From Tubiluchus corallicola (taxonomy: Eukaryota > Animalia > Priapulida): a stretch of DNA of 64,000 nucleotides. The stretch spans positions 744,001 through 808,000 of the forward strand of contig JAQGDQ010000022.1 of assembly GCA_030141605.1 (NCBI GenBank), given 5' to 3'. Each line of letters opens with the position of its first letter. The stretch's first letter is position 1. The translations under genes were made by a program, and so were the position numbers. The notes beneath the pieces were generated by a model. The model was not told the origin of the DNA. It saw only the letters and a program-made list of their open reading frames with translations, and ran no database searches. This document shows, in pieces, positions 1-62,510 of the stretch.

Positions 1-2489
1 CGGTATATTTGTAGTAACCTCTTTATTCCTTGATGTTACTTCACATTACCAAGAACCTCGAATAGGAATTTTAGTATCTGTAACAATATAGTGACATCAA
101 AACATGAAAAATGTTAGCGAATTGAGATTTGGAGTCTGTTAATAGGAAAGGTCTCCTTTCTGAATTTTCTGTTAACATCTTTCTCTATAAAGGATTTTCA
201 TATTTGACAGTAAAACATGAAAATTTTCGTACCTTGCGTCGATACTATACCGATTATTAGAAGACAATGATTAAATGCAACTATATTGTATGTCTGTGTC
301 TAGATTGAACATAATTCACTAATGATAAGAATTAACAAAACGCATTTGTAAGATTTTATTATTAAATATTTGTTGTGTTTCAGTTTCTCATTGTGAGTTG
401 TGATAACACAATTTATATGAAATGTATTTTGCAAATAGTCAGAAGTCACAAGATGAAAAATGCACGCCCATTTTTAGCTACAAATGTTGCAATCACCATT
501 GCTGCTTATACTGTCACCAAATTAGTTTTGAAGTTGATAAGAGAAATTATTCAAATTCTAGATACTAAAAGCTTTTATTTCCGGTAACATGAAATGTTAT
601 GCCTTTTTGCTATTTTTATAGACGTACGTGGTATAGCTTAGTACGAAAGAGAACTATAAATAAGCTACGATGATTTGGCATTGTGTTTGCAGCACGATGG
701 AAAAGCTAAGAATAGTTAATTGCTGAAAACTTATTTTTACAGTATGATCATGTAAGGCAAGAAAGAAGACTACAAAGACTTAGTAGATACACCTTTTTAA
801 ATTTTACATAAGAAAAACCACTAGTTGAAGTGTTTATAAATATTACAAAAGAAATTTCATTAGTAACATTTATTATAATATGTAAAACGTTTAAATAATT
901 AGCAAAGTTCGGTTAACATTACTGCTGCACTGAAACTGGCAATAATATACGCATTACTGCTGCACTGAAATTAGCAATAATATACGCCTGCTTAGCGTAA
1001 ATGCAATGTAGGCCTACTTGTGCCAGAAAAAGTGCAAAATTTTTATTTGATGATTAAGATGAATATCTGAGATCAATTTTGGCATATTGCGTAACAACTT
1101 TAATACATGCGGATATTCTGGTAATAATTTTGTTAGTCTTGATTAAATGGCAGTCTAGTGTTGAACACTAGCTGTGTTTATTCATCAATGTATTATTGTC
1201 GTAAATTCTATTCAAAACTGCATAGCTGATCCAGAACTTTGGACGTCTTCTAATTCCCTTGCACAGAATGATTCGAACACTGTACTTCAGCTTAAAGACA
1301 GTCCTCTTCTATGTGCACGATAAACATTCCCTCTTTGTAAATACTGTAGAGGTGTTGCATAGCTAAGAAACGGTATTAGTGCCGTAATATTCGATTATAA
1401 ATGAATCTGGTTACTACCAATTTTCTGCCATCCGATTGTAAGACTGTAAGAATGCATCTAAACGATAGGCATACAGAAATTCTTGTTTATGCACTTATTA
1501 TTTCCAAACTTGACAACTGCAATAGTCTGCTATGTGGTCTTCGAGAATGTTTTCTTACTCCTTTTCTAACTGCAGCTTCAGGTCAACCAACAATCCACAT
1601 TTATATGTAGAAGGTGAGTTTCTTATGGCAACAGTTGTTCTTTGCAGTAGTACCTATTGTGCAATATCCTGCCAATGCTTATTCGATGTGTTGATTGTAA
1701 AAAAAAAATAATAAATTTTAAAAGTGTACTCAAAACTATTTTTTTAATTTAGAATTAGTTTTTTTAGTATTAATTAGATTGTAGTATACCTTACTGTAAT
1801 AAGTAGCATGTAGTAATCTCTGTAATATGTACTTTGATTTTCACATTGTTGAGCATGCGCCCAAACCAATATTAGTATAAACGACAGAACGGCTTTGATT
1901 TGGTGCGATGAACCTGAAATAAACTGATTATGTAATGTAAAAGAATCGCAAAACAAGAAGCAAGTGATTAACAATTAAGCAAGTGCGTTGAGAAAAACGA
2001 TTGTAGATGGATTCAGTATTACGCATTTAAAATCAGATTAAAAGGGAATATTAACCCTAATTTGCAATACTATTGTTGGTTTACAAAATATTAGCAATAG
2101 TCTTATATAAAATAAATATCATCACTACATGATAATTAGTACTAAAAGTGAAATTATTTATGGCTACTTACGATTTTAGAGGCCTTATTTAAACGTCACA
2201 TTTGTCACTAAACGGTAAACGAAAATATAAGTCGAAAACCAGAACTGTACTGTGAGTCTGTAACAGAGTATGTGCGAAAATGAGAAAGACAGGACTACAG
2301 AGTATAGAGAATAGAGTATACAGGCGTACGGTGATTCATTTCAAGTGATAATGTGTAATAGAAAGTGGCATTCACAGTTGTTCTAGTAGCAATTTCTTGA
2401 TTTGTAGTCTGACTTCTATGCTGTATTCATTTTTCTTTTTAGATTTGTAAAGTGCTTTAAATATTTTTATGAAAAAGCACTATAATAAA

Positions 2490-2523
2490 TTGCTGTTGTA
2501 GTTGCTGTTGTTGCTGCTGCTGC

Positions 2524-2563
<40 letters not shown>

Positions 2564-2632
2564 GCTGCTGCTCTTGTTCTTGCTGTGGTTGTGGTTTTGG
2601 TGGTGGTGGTGGTAGCGGTGGTGGTGGTGGTG
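2490..2632. repeat. Compound (GTT)n/(GCT)n/(GGT)n trinucleotide microsatellite
   Basis: Visible runs of gtt/gct/ggt; explains the spurious poly-Thr ORF 2467..2655. Confidence 0.95.
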
Positions 2633-3399
2633 ACCCATTTCTCTACGTGACCCATTTCTTTTAAAGCCTACATGACAGCTGTATAATAGTTTTTTCTAAA
2701 AAACACCTGTTATTGAGCAATCATGGTTTTGCATAACTAATAGGATGGTGTACGTTGATAATTGTTTCTGGTATCGTTTCTGTACTCTGGGCCTTGTATA
2801 TTTCAATTTTAAGTGTTAACAAATGAATTACTTGTGTTTTTGAACTAACTACCTATGCAACTATATTCTTGATAGCCAGTTGTATATATCTGTTCTCAAC
2901 TAAAATGTATTTGTTGCACAGTGGAAAAACTCTATTTATTTGTAAATAAGTTAAAATTTTTACAGCAACTAGAGGTCCATTCATGTAAATACGTTTAAAT
3001 ACATTTCAAAGCAAAAGATTCATCACCATAATCATCATCATCATCAATCAGCGTCATCATCTTATGCTGTCTTAGGAACAAACTGCTCGCAAGTTAGTGT
3101 TTGTTTAATTATTTTTGAACTGCGAAATTTTGGTGATAAAAAGCTGTGGCGTGACAACAGAAACAGTTTAATAAAACTTCGTTTTGTTGTCTTTTAAATT
3201 CAATAATTTGTTTTTATTTAAACTACATGGCTAATTGACAAAATGGCTCCAGTAATGGGAACAATGAGTATTACCAAATGAGCTTGTTGATGAGCATACG
3301 TTATTACAATTTTTCTTCTTAAGGGTCAACGACATTTGGTTGATTCATTTTATACAGTAGTTTGCGCTTACTATCGCCAGATTTAATTATAATAAAAAT

Positions 3400-5862
3400 T
3401 TAGAAGTAACTATTTTCTGGTTTAGGCTGCGTGCTTGTAAGAGCAGACGCTCTGTTTCCTTCACTTTTTTTCGAGTCTGTACCGTCTTCACAATCTTCTA
3501 CTCCAAGTTCTGCACTTACATTAGGTGCTTCAGGTTCTTCATTTTGAACATATGCAAAAGATTCGTAAAATTTTATAGTTGGTTTTTCACTGTCTCTTAT
3601 TTCGGGTTCTGTACGTGCAGTAGCAGGTGCTTCACTCTCACTTTTTCCTAATTTAAGTTCTGTATTTGTAGCAGCAGGTGCTCCACTTTCATTCTCTCCT
3701 AGGTTAAGTTCTGTATTTGCAGCAGCAGGTGCACTACTTTCACTCTCTCTCGGTTTTGTAAATTCTGTGCTTACAGTAGTTACTGTTCCGTTTTCACTGT
3801 CTTCTTTCTCAGGTTTTTTACTTGCACGAGGAGAATTCCCCTTATCCATTTCTTTATGTTCTGCACTTGACTCAATAGGGATTTTATCTTCAAAATCTTT
3901 TGGTTCGAGTTTTGCACTTGCAATATGAAGCACTTCTTCATTAGTAACTTTTGATTTAGGTTCACTACTTCCCTTCGGTGAAGTTTGATCTGCTGACCTG
4001 CTTGGGTCAGAATGTGTTCCGTTGTCAATACCACTCGACCTAGGCTGCTCGTTTCCTTGTGGAGATGGCCCACCTTCACCTCCTTCACGAGATAGTGCAG
4101 TAAGTTGCCTACACCTACGATCAAAGCATTCGTCTTTTGTAATAGCTTTCTTAAGCTTGCCACTTAGGGTTGTCTCTTTTTGTGTCAAAACAATAAAAAT
4201 GGCATATATAGGAATTTGTCCTAAAGATGTGCAGAACAACAGCCAACCTAAAGCAGTGGCCCAAGCTGGATGATCTGGCTCTGGTGTAAAATCAATTAAG
4301 GCTAAAACAAATACACTGAAAATTAATATAGGTGCAACTGCCACCCATGTGGCTATCCAGTAGATTCCAGGGCGAAATCCCAACATTGCAAAAACATTTT
4401 CCCTAAACTGTTTGTAACCATATATCCACATAATTGCTGCTATCTCACAGAAAGCAATAGCTACAACTGGAATATCGCCTCCGTATTTGTCCATAAGAGA
4501 CCAAACATATACCCCACCATGAGAGGTGGCTGGTAATGCTATTATAAATGAGCACGCACAAAATGCAAGTGTAAGCGGTAGTTTATGATGTCTCAAATCG
4601 TGAAACTGGTCGCTTATAGAACTCATTGCACATTCTAATAGTGCGAATTCACTGTCCAGTCCAAGTGTGTATAACATGAAGTAAAATAATACAGCCCAAA
4701 GTTGTGCAGCTGGTAATCTACTAATGGCTTCAGAATAGGCAATGAAGGTTAGACCAGGTCCTCCTCGAACGATTTCTTTCAAGTCATCTAATCCCAGTTC
4801 ATGTGCAAGAGCTCCAAGTACGGAGAAGACAACAAATCCAGCAATAATACTAGTGATTGTGTCGAGACTGCTGACCACAACAGCATCACGATAACAGTTT
4901 TGAGAAAATTTGTTGTAGCTAGCAAAAGTGATAAGACAGCCCCAACCAACACTCAAGGAAAAGAAAACCTGGCCCAAAGCATTTCGCCAAACTTGCACGT
5001 CTTGCAGTTTCGACCATGATGGCACAAGAAAATGCTTTATCCCTTTTGCAGCACCATCTGTTGTTACGCCCCGAATCAGCAAAACCAACAAAACAAAATA
5101 AGGAAATGTTGCAGTAAAGTAAACTACTTTGCCAGAACTTTTAATGCCCTTCATGAGGCAGAAAAATACAATGATCCAAGATAGCAGAAGATTAAGAAGC
5201 ACGTCCCATTTGATACTGCCCAAATTAGCAATGTCATGTGAGTAATCTACCGTGCCATTTACTACAATATTTACGCCAAGGACTTTGTTCTCCCAGTATT
5301 CATCTGGTGCTGTTTTCAATTTAAACGTCCCATTATAATACTTTGATGCATTCCAAAAATCGATCATGTCTTGCGGGACAGGTTTTCCTCGCACATAGCA
5401 AGCAACAGTATTCCAATCATTGTTGCATGTGGTCCACGGAAGCACCCTTTGCATTGAAGCCCACATGTAGTATAATGTGCATGACATAATAACGTTATAA
5501 TATATTGCCACAATAATATTTACTGTGACCATAGCACCTCCAATGCCTTTGGCAATGGGGACGCACGACCATATGGTCAAAGGCGCTTCTCCTGCATATT
5601 GACCAAATGCAAGTTCCATGTAGTACATTGGTTTTCCAACTAGAAATAGCATCAAAATATAGGGAAGTAGAAATGCTCCACCTCCATTGTCATAGCACAT
5701 GTAAGGAAATCGCCAAACATTGCCAATACCTACTGATAGGCCAACGCATGATAAAAGAAACTCCCAGTTAGAAGTCCAGGTTATTCTTTCTTCGGAAGGT
5801 TCATAGTTATATATTTCTTGTGGATTTCGGCATCGCCGAACAATATTTCTGATTCTATTCAT
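3400..5862 (-). CDS. SLC6 (neurotransmitter:sodium symporter) family Na+/Cl- dependent transporter, amino-acid-type; single coding exon, long low-complexity C-tail
   Basis: 820-aa ORF with N-terminal R-x-x-W, TM1 signature CVGLSVGIGNVWRFPY, GGGAFLLPY, EL2 cysteines LPWTTCNNDWNT, KGIKSSGKVVYFTATFPY, QVFFSLSVGWG, GPGLTFIAY and about 12 hydrophobic segments. The exact orthologue cannot be assigned by eye. Confidence 0.95.
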   Translation of the reverse strand: MNRIRNIVRRCRNPQEIYNYEPSEERITWTSNWEFLLSCVGLSVGIGNVWRFPYMCYDNGGGAFLLPYILMLFLVGKPMYYMELAFGQYAGEAPLTIWSCVPIAKGIGGAMVTVNIIVAIYYNVIMSCTLYYMWASMQRVLPWTTCNNDWNTVACYVRGKPVPQDMIDFWNASKYYNGTFKLKTAPDEYWENKVLGVNIVVNGTVDYSHDIANLGSIKWDVLLNLLLSWIIVFFCLMKGIKSSGKVVYFTATFPYFVLLVLLIRGVTTDGAAKGIKHFLVPSWSKLQDVQVWRNALGQVFFSLSVGWGCLITFASYNKFSQNCYRDAVVVSSLDTITSIIAGFVVFSVLGALAHELGLDDLKEIVRGGPGLTFIAYSEAISRLPAAQLWAVLFYFMLYTLGLDSEFALLECAMSSISDQFHDLRHHKLPLTLAFCACSFIIALPATSHGGVYVWSLMDKYGGDIPVVAIAFCEIAAIMWIYGYKQFRENVFAMLGFRPGIYWIATWVAVAPILIFSVFVLALIDFTPEPDHPAWATALGWLLFCTSLGQIPIYAIFIVLTQKETTLSGKLKKAITKDECFDRRCRQLTALSREGGEGGPSPQGNEQPRSSGIDNGTHSDPSRSADQTSPKGSSEPKSKVTNEEVLHIASAKLEPKDFEDKIPIESSAEHKEMDKGNSPRASKKPEKEDSENGTVTTVSTEFTKPRESESSAPAAANTELNLGENESGAPAATNTELKLGKSESEAPATARTEPEIRDSEKPTIKFYESFAYVQNEEPEAPNVSAELGVEDCEDGTDSKKSEGNRASALTSTQPKPENSYF

Positions 5863-6280
5863 AACTTTTTATAAAATCAGAGATAATTTTTTAAGCTCCA
5901 ATAATTCGAATGTCAATGGTATAAGATCTTTGCCCAATGACGTATGATTCATTTTAAATAAAAATCAATGAGTTCTTTTAGACACAAATGTATTGTGACA
6001 ACACAATATGTATATATATATATGTATTGCGCTATACTTTGTGATGAACATTTCCGCAGATGCGTTCTTCATCTAAATCTGTGCTACGCAGTTATTGCAG
6101 GAGCAATAGGCAAAGGCTAACTGTACTTCGGAATTCCTAGTAAATTCTTAAAACGAATAAAAAATATTGTGATTCAATTAGTTTCTGTTAAATTATTCAA
6201 ACTTGGCAAGAGCACACATTTGAAAAATGTTTTAAGCTTGATACAAATATTTTTAATGTTACTATGCTATTGTAGATAAT

Positions 6281-7129
6281 GGATGCGCGGTAAAAATGGC
6301 ACAAATGGAAAAGTAGGAAAAAATGGCACATATGTTATTTTGATGCAATTGATTTCTATAATAAAATTAGAATGTGCTCAGTAGGAAGCAGATCTCTACC
6401 AAAGCCGAATAATCCTAAACTTATTCGTCTGATTCTTTTGATTCAAGAAATGTAACACAAAGATAAACAAGCAAACATACAAAAACGTACCTGTAATGGT
6501 ATTAAATAGACTAGCAAAAGAATCACAAAATATTTCTTCATTAAATGGATTAACAATCAATGATGCGCAAATGTTTCACATAGTGTTTATCTACCTTTTC
6601 CATCATTAATTTGGGCGATAGTAATATCACCTTACAGGGCTATACACATTAATAAGCAAAGGTTATAGATAACATTTTACAGTTTTATAAGAGAAAATTT
6701 CCCGGAAAAAGGAGCCTAATAAAATGAAGTACTATACACTCCCTCTGAGGCCTCCATGAAGCTTTAACGAACGTTTTTTGTACTTGGTGTTCGGTCAAGT
6801 TTTGCGAAAAAAGAACATGCGGAATGATTCCCGTTTTGACACCCTATATCCGCCTTTCTTCAAAGTTTCTTGGAGTAGGCTTACTGCCATAACAGACAAA
6901 AAACAACCAAATAAACATACAGACAAACAAGCAAACAAACTTTCCTTGGCAGTGGTAAAAATAACTAACATAATTATCTCCCACTGTAAACCTAACCCTG
7001 AATACATATTTTACTAAGTGTGCCATTTTTTCTTGTGCCATTTGTCATTACCCGTGCCATTTTCACCTACTTTTCAATTTGAGCAATTGTTTCCCTACCA
7101 TTTTCCCTGTACCATTTTTACTTACATTC
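6281..7129. mobile_element. Non-autonomous Mutator-like (MULE) DNA element
   Basis: Imperfect terminal inverted repeats built from AAAAATGGCACA sub-repeats (left GGATGCGCGGTAAAAATGGCAC..., right ...GTACCATTTTTACTTACATTC), flanked by a near-identical 9-bp direct repeat GTAGATAAT (6272-6280) / GTAGATTAT (7130-7138). No transposase ORF. Confidence 0.6.
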
Positions 7130-9426
7130 GTAGATTATTATTCAACATTAGAAGCATTATGGTTTTATAATATTATATACCTATTCAAAATGAGAGTTAC
7201 AATAAAAACTTGCCGGCATTAACTCTGTAATGTACACGCTGAAACCAATGTTGCGTTCCCATATCTATGTTAGTTTATTCTGCAAAAAAATACAAATTTT
7301 CTCCTGTCTACAATTATTACCTCTACAAAGCTACTGAAATAAGTGCTGGAAAAAAGTGCTACAGATTACTGCGTTACATTAAAAAGCTAAAATGCATGCA
7401 TACATTGTTGGTCCAATATTGAGCCAGAATGTCAGTGAAAGGTAGCAGTAGCAGCATAATTGCAGGTGAAATTTTAAACGTAATAGAGACGTGTGTACAT
7501 AACAAGTTTCGCATATACAATGTCAGTGTAGAAAAAGTAATCTAGCTTGTAGAACTACAGTCTAATATATTGTGGCTTCTAATTCATATACTACCTTGGG
7601 AAGGGGTAATGGACCAAAACATTTGTACCTGCAACAAACTCCTTTCAGTTCGATAGTCCAGTGGCAGATGAGCACTAGAATGATGACTATGGATGAGAAT
7701 TTCGGTGAACGTGCAGGCAGTATAATCAGTAATGAGGTCTGGAGAATGGCGCTACTGTGTTTAGCAGGGTCCGGGGGACCCGCTTTTACCCATACTAGGG
7801 ACTTACCGGTCAGTTTTGACTTCTGTGCGAATACTAGTTTTCTAGGATGTACTAATTTAGTTTTCAATTTAAAATTACTGGAGACAAAGGTTACTAAAAA
7901 GCGCCTCTAGTTTGGTAATTTTTGACTCATGCACATTATAACACCGAAAATTAAACTAAAAGAAAGTTTTTTCGAAGATAGAAATAGAGTCCCGATCCAA
8001 GTCAGGACGTACTTTGAAGTATTACCTTACGTACGTGACTAATAGAAACCATTTTCTACAATACTGACAAAGAAATACGTTGGATCAGTAAGTCTATCCT
8101 TATTATTAGTACGTACCTGCTCGGTTTACCAGTGTTCCCCAGTGTAAGTTTTTAAGTCTAAATAATATTTGTGGCTAGTTAAGTTTAATTTTGTTTTTCG
8201 TACGTAATGTCTAGGCCATGGAGCCAGGGAACAATTTTTAAGGTTTGTTGGCATGTGGTCTAGATTTTTGAACGGTTTTTCTTTTTGTCATTTTCTATTC
8301 TTATTGTATTGCTAACTACATCTCAAATCTAGGAAAAAGATATTATTTGTTTACAAATTTATAATTTTTTTTAATGTAAAATATACTTTTAAAAATATAA
8401 ACAACACAAAGATCGATACAAATTTATATCATTTAGAATAACTATTAGTATTCTAAAAGAAATATCTTTTGCACAGTTATTTCCTTGCTTTTGTTGTTAT
8501 AACTAAGAACACCGTCATTAGCAACCTGAAAATTAAATTACATTGCACAAAGGCCTACATACAGTGGCAAGAAAAATGGGAGCTGTTTATATCTATTAAT
8601 TATGTTACGCCTAATTTCACTTTCACTATATTAATTACGAACCAATTAACACATCCGACCGATGGCAAAGTGGTTTCAATCAAAAGAACTTTTACAATAC
8701 ATATTTGCATTTAATATTTATACAGAACACGTCTACCAAATAAAGCTTTAATATTATCACCACAAGCACCTTAGCACTAATATTCTGCAAACACCTAAAA
8801 TCATACATATAAACTGTTTTATGGCACTATTAGCCTATCTCAGAATTCCAATCTAAAAGCGTCAATGAACCTAGAATGATCGAATACAGTGTTGTACGTC
8901 TGCGGAAAGGGTTAATCATGACATAAATATCCGTACTAACAATAAAGTGAGGACGATGTACAAAGCCTAGGGTATATTTTAAGTTTCAAATTCCACTTTG
9001 ACATAAATTTCTATAATACATCTGGACACTCAAATGTACGAATGAAAATTAGCTGCCTGCTTTTAGACATTAGTTTAAAGCTTAGTCTCGCACATGCAGT
9101 AACCGCAAAAAATAATAGTCATTGAGCCTAAAGTATCCCAGGCTCAATCATTTATTAGCTAACGTTTACGACAATTTATTTTATTAGAAAAAAATCGCTT
9201 CTAAAACTTTAGTAATGTGGTCATTTTTGTCCAGAAATCTATGAACGCTTGTTTGAAGTCACACAAGTTTAGCTAATCATGCATAAAGCAAAAAACTGAT
9301 CATCCATTTCTGTTCACTACAGTAATAGCTGTTGTGGTAGTTTCTAAACGTGTGCATATTTTGGGATCTGAACAACACAAATATTTGAGCTACACTGTCA
9401 TGTACTATGCAAGATTAATAGTCATT

Positions 9427-58360
<48,934 letters not shown>

Positions 58361-61300
58361 CTACAAAATAAATAAATCTAATTATATGAAATAGATAGTA
58401 AACCTAGTTTAAAACAATCAGTTGTCAACCAAACCTTAGTGATGTTTAAGTTTTATTTTAGTGCTCACGGGGACTTTTTTGTCGCTGACGAATTTCAAAA
58501 AACTGCCTCAGCAATAGTTACTACTTTCGTTATCCATTTTGGGTTAGCTACTACGATTGTTGAGGCGCACGTTGAATTTATAATTTTTCATCTATCTACC
58601 TAAATCTGCTTTAGTAACTGCAACAACTGCAGTAACAGAACTGCAATTATGCTTGTAGCAATAATAGCAGCAACCACATCAAGAGATAAAAAATCGCTTA
58701 TTTCTCTTTACACTTTACCTTTATGTAAAGGATAATGTAGAAAACGGGACCACGACAAGCGGGAACTATTTTGGAATCACACGGAGAAATAAGCACATTC
58801 CAAGGACGAGTAAAAAGTCGTGTAAAAAACTTACAAGTTACATTTTCTAAACGTGTTTACAAGTAGCATATTTAAACCAGCAATCAAGCAAGCGGGAGTG
58901 CAATTCGGCATTTCAATATGATGAACAGCTACCACTAAGATAAATTAGCCTATTCCATTGAAGCTCCAGACCATTGCTTTTGTGGGACTGGCAGCATTCC
59001 TTATGATTTCTTGACTAAATAAGCTGCTACGCAATTATTACGCTCGCCCATAATATCATTGTTGAGCATCGCTTATGTAAACTTTATATGTTATAGTGAC
59101 AAGTTTTAAAATAATTCAAATTAGCGAAACTGCATTCAGGAGACCTTGTTGAAAATTTTTATAATACATTATACACATTTAATCGCATTATATACATTTA
59201 TGGCTGTATTAGTACTTATAATATACTTTGCTTTAAAGTGTCTGCTCTAAAATAAGATTGGTTTGAAAAGAAATAAAACCAAAGTATCAAAATTACGCCG
59301 TTTAATACATAAATCGCCTTTTAATAACGACAAACTTAAGTAATAAAATGTCGTTTATGGCAGTCTATGATTGGCAAAGTTTCATGTCTTTGCCTCAAGC
59401 AATCGAATCATTTAATTTGACGGCATCAAAATTTTTTGTTCAAGTGTCGAATCTTACCTGGATCAACCATTAACGCATAGCGACAAATTATCAATATTGA
59501 ATATATGACTCTTATTTGTGAGATTTGTGAAATGAAATTATTCGTAAATTAAATCCTGGAATAAATTTTCTTTGGTTGAGTTAGCTGCTGTTTCCGACGT
59601 CAGACATACCGGTTGGTACGAGGTGGTACGGTAGAGAGTAAAAACAGGATCTGAATATCTCAAACAGCCTGTCCCTTTGTTACGTTATCTCACGAGTTGT
59701 TTGCTCACAATTATACAGCTAAAGCTTTTACATTTCATACGTTCATATTCAATGTGAATAAAATGACATTGACAAGTAAGAAGAATTTGCTACTTTTAGA
59801 CTACTAATTGCCAAGATCCATCAATTTTCAGGGTTAAAATCGTTGAGATGAAACGAACGGGGAAAGCATTTCAGTTGCGAGGTTCCATTTTTAAACCACG
59901 CCTCTCATGACCTAGTAATTTGAGCTTGGAACCTAGAAATCTTCGTTTTCTATAGACTGGCATTGCAGGTTGAAATGGATAAAAAGTAGTGGCAGATCTG
60001 AGCCTGGCTTCTGATCTGAAAGATTGATTGTCAGATGGGAATTTTTCATAATAGAAGTAGGCTAATGAACGTATACGAGTACGAAACTTACCGATTATAA
60101 TAATGTAACACCCAGCCATCCAGCTGTAGATGAGTGTGGGTGGTAGTAGATTTGTATGCTGTAACCGCCCCCTAGAAGAACCCAAGCCGCCCAGCATTTC
60201 AGCGATTATTTAGTCTCAAGTCTTAAGTGAACTGTTAAATTAGTGAGAGGCATGAGTTGCGGCTGCGTGTGCAGGTTTGCTAACTTCTACCTATTCAAAG
60301 CTCCATTTATTAATGCTATGTGCATTTCCTTATGCGAAGAAGATTCCGGTTCTTATGACTGATATTGAAGGAAAACAGTGAAAAAATCTTGTAAAATCCT
60401 GCTTCAGCCATGACTTGAACCTAGTGCCTTCTGCCTATACAGCAGGCCATTTTGCCACTTGGACAAATGTCTATCGAGGACTCGTCCAACTTTAATTCTA
60501 AATTCTTAATGACAAAGGCCGTTCACAAGTAACACTTCTAATCATTTCTCAGCCTTACAACCTTACAGAGACAGCAAAGCGCATTTAGTATAATTTATAT
60601 GAATGAAATGCTAGGTTCTGTTAATTAACTGACCGATGTTGGTTGTTACCAAATTATTATGTCTTGTTTTCTCATCTGCTTACATTAAACTGTTAACTCA
60701 TGATATGAAGTTATATTTCAGTGTTCTCTTGCATCTCCCCGCCAATCCCCTCTAAAGAGAGTGCCACTTGTTTTTTCTAATTAGAATGTAATTTTTAGTA
60801 AATTTTGGTTATTTGTACCCGTTGACTAGCGCCAGTTAGAAAGCTTTTCATTGAGTTTTTTCGAGTAATTAATGTAAATGCTCAACTTGCCATATGGTTT
60901 AGGACTTTTGATTCTTTTGAATTTCACAATAAATAATTAAACCAAGTTCGTTATCAAAATTTTTTCTGAATTTGAAAAAAGCACCTTCAGTTTTCGTATC
61001 CGCTTGCTAAACTACTATGTTTGTGTATTTTCGCTATCCATAGTAAGTATTTATTTTTACGAACAATACTGAGCGACTTAGCTAGATTGAGCAAATCGAG
61101 AACTGATATTATACTTATGTTCAAGGCACTTGTGACTTTCAATAACTTGTACCTTCAATAAGCATTTAAATTTAAAGCGTGAACCGCAATGAATGTTGAC
61201 TGACTTATCTTGAGTTGCATTTGCAAACAGATGTTCACATAAAATTCGGGAACCGGGTTTATGAGATGTGAACAAGCATTGGATCAGGTGAGTTTTTATT

Positions 61301-62220
61301 TACTAAAGATTTCAAAGTGCTTGTGTATACTTACCTTGCTTTATTGTCCAGTTATCACAATCATTGCGGTACATATTATGTCTAAATACACACTGCAGTT
61401 CCTTTACTACCTGTTTTATTGCAAATCGGATTAATTGTTTTTCGTTAAAAAACAGTTACACAAGGCTGTCGTTGCAAAAAGAATTTACTCGCCTCACTGG
61501 CTGTCCGGCTGTGGTTAGTCAATTCTAACTGAAATTAACGTTTTTTTATAAATATATTATAAAATGCAAACCTTACAAAAACTGAAGGCAAACAATTATG
61601 TAGTATTTTGATGAATAATAAACGCTGGTATTTTGTAATAATTTTATCTAAATGTACTTTTGTGCCTTTTGAATTTTTTTACGTTTGGTATTGATTCATT
61701 GTAGAATTTCGAATTTAAAGAGTAAAAATTCTACTTGCAATATTATGTAGTTACACAAAATACTATTAGTGTTCAGCATTCTGGTCTGTTTGTCATTTTC
61801 TTTTTCACTTTAAGTAAAAAATTGAACTCGATTGAGTAAAGTGCTCAAGTACGTTTCAAAATTTTATTTATATAGTTCGGCACCTTCCTAAGCAAGATCC
61901 AGTCTACAGCTACAGAAAAGAAGTTTATCACTATCAAGGAAAGTCCTCTTAACCAAATCAGAAGTGCATCATGAAAGTAATAAACACCCTCAAGGAAGAA
62001 TTCAGCCATAGGTAGCATGGCGGACGAAACATTCCAGGAGCAGTTTTCCTGGCAATCCATTCAGTAACAAGCATCAGCGCTTCTTAACTTCGTAGGCCTA
62101 ACATACCCTGTGGCCACCCAGGTATCATCGCTTCGGATTGAAGCGAACACTAATAAACCTAAGGTAAAAAGCATCGACTAGACGACGCGATAGAGTTCTT
62201 CCCTCTGGGAGGTGGAGAAG

Positions 62221-62234
62221 AGATAGATATATTA

Positions 62235-62294
<60 letters not shown>

Positions 62295-62370
62295 GTAGGT
62301 AGGTAGGTAGGTAGGTAGTAGGTAGGTAGGTAGGTAGGTAGGTAGGTAGGTAGGTAGGTAGGTAGGTAGG

Positions 62371-62468
<98 letters not shown>

Positions 62469-62469
62469 T

Positions 62470-62509
<40 letters not shown>
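62221..62509. repeat. Compound (GATA)n(GGTA)n(GATA)n microsatellite
   Basis: Directly visible; explains the IYLS/TYLP ORFs. Confidence 0.97.

Positions 62510-62510
<1 letters not shown>

Noticed and set aside
60400-60470. tRNA-like sequence on the minus strand (similar stretch at ~56490-56560)
   Set aside because: Only a B-box-like remnant with no convincing cloverleaf; at most a decayed SINE head.
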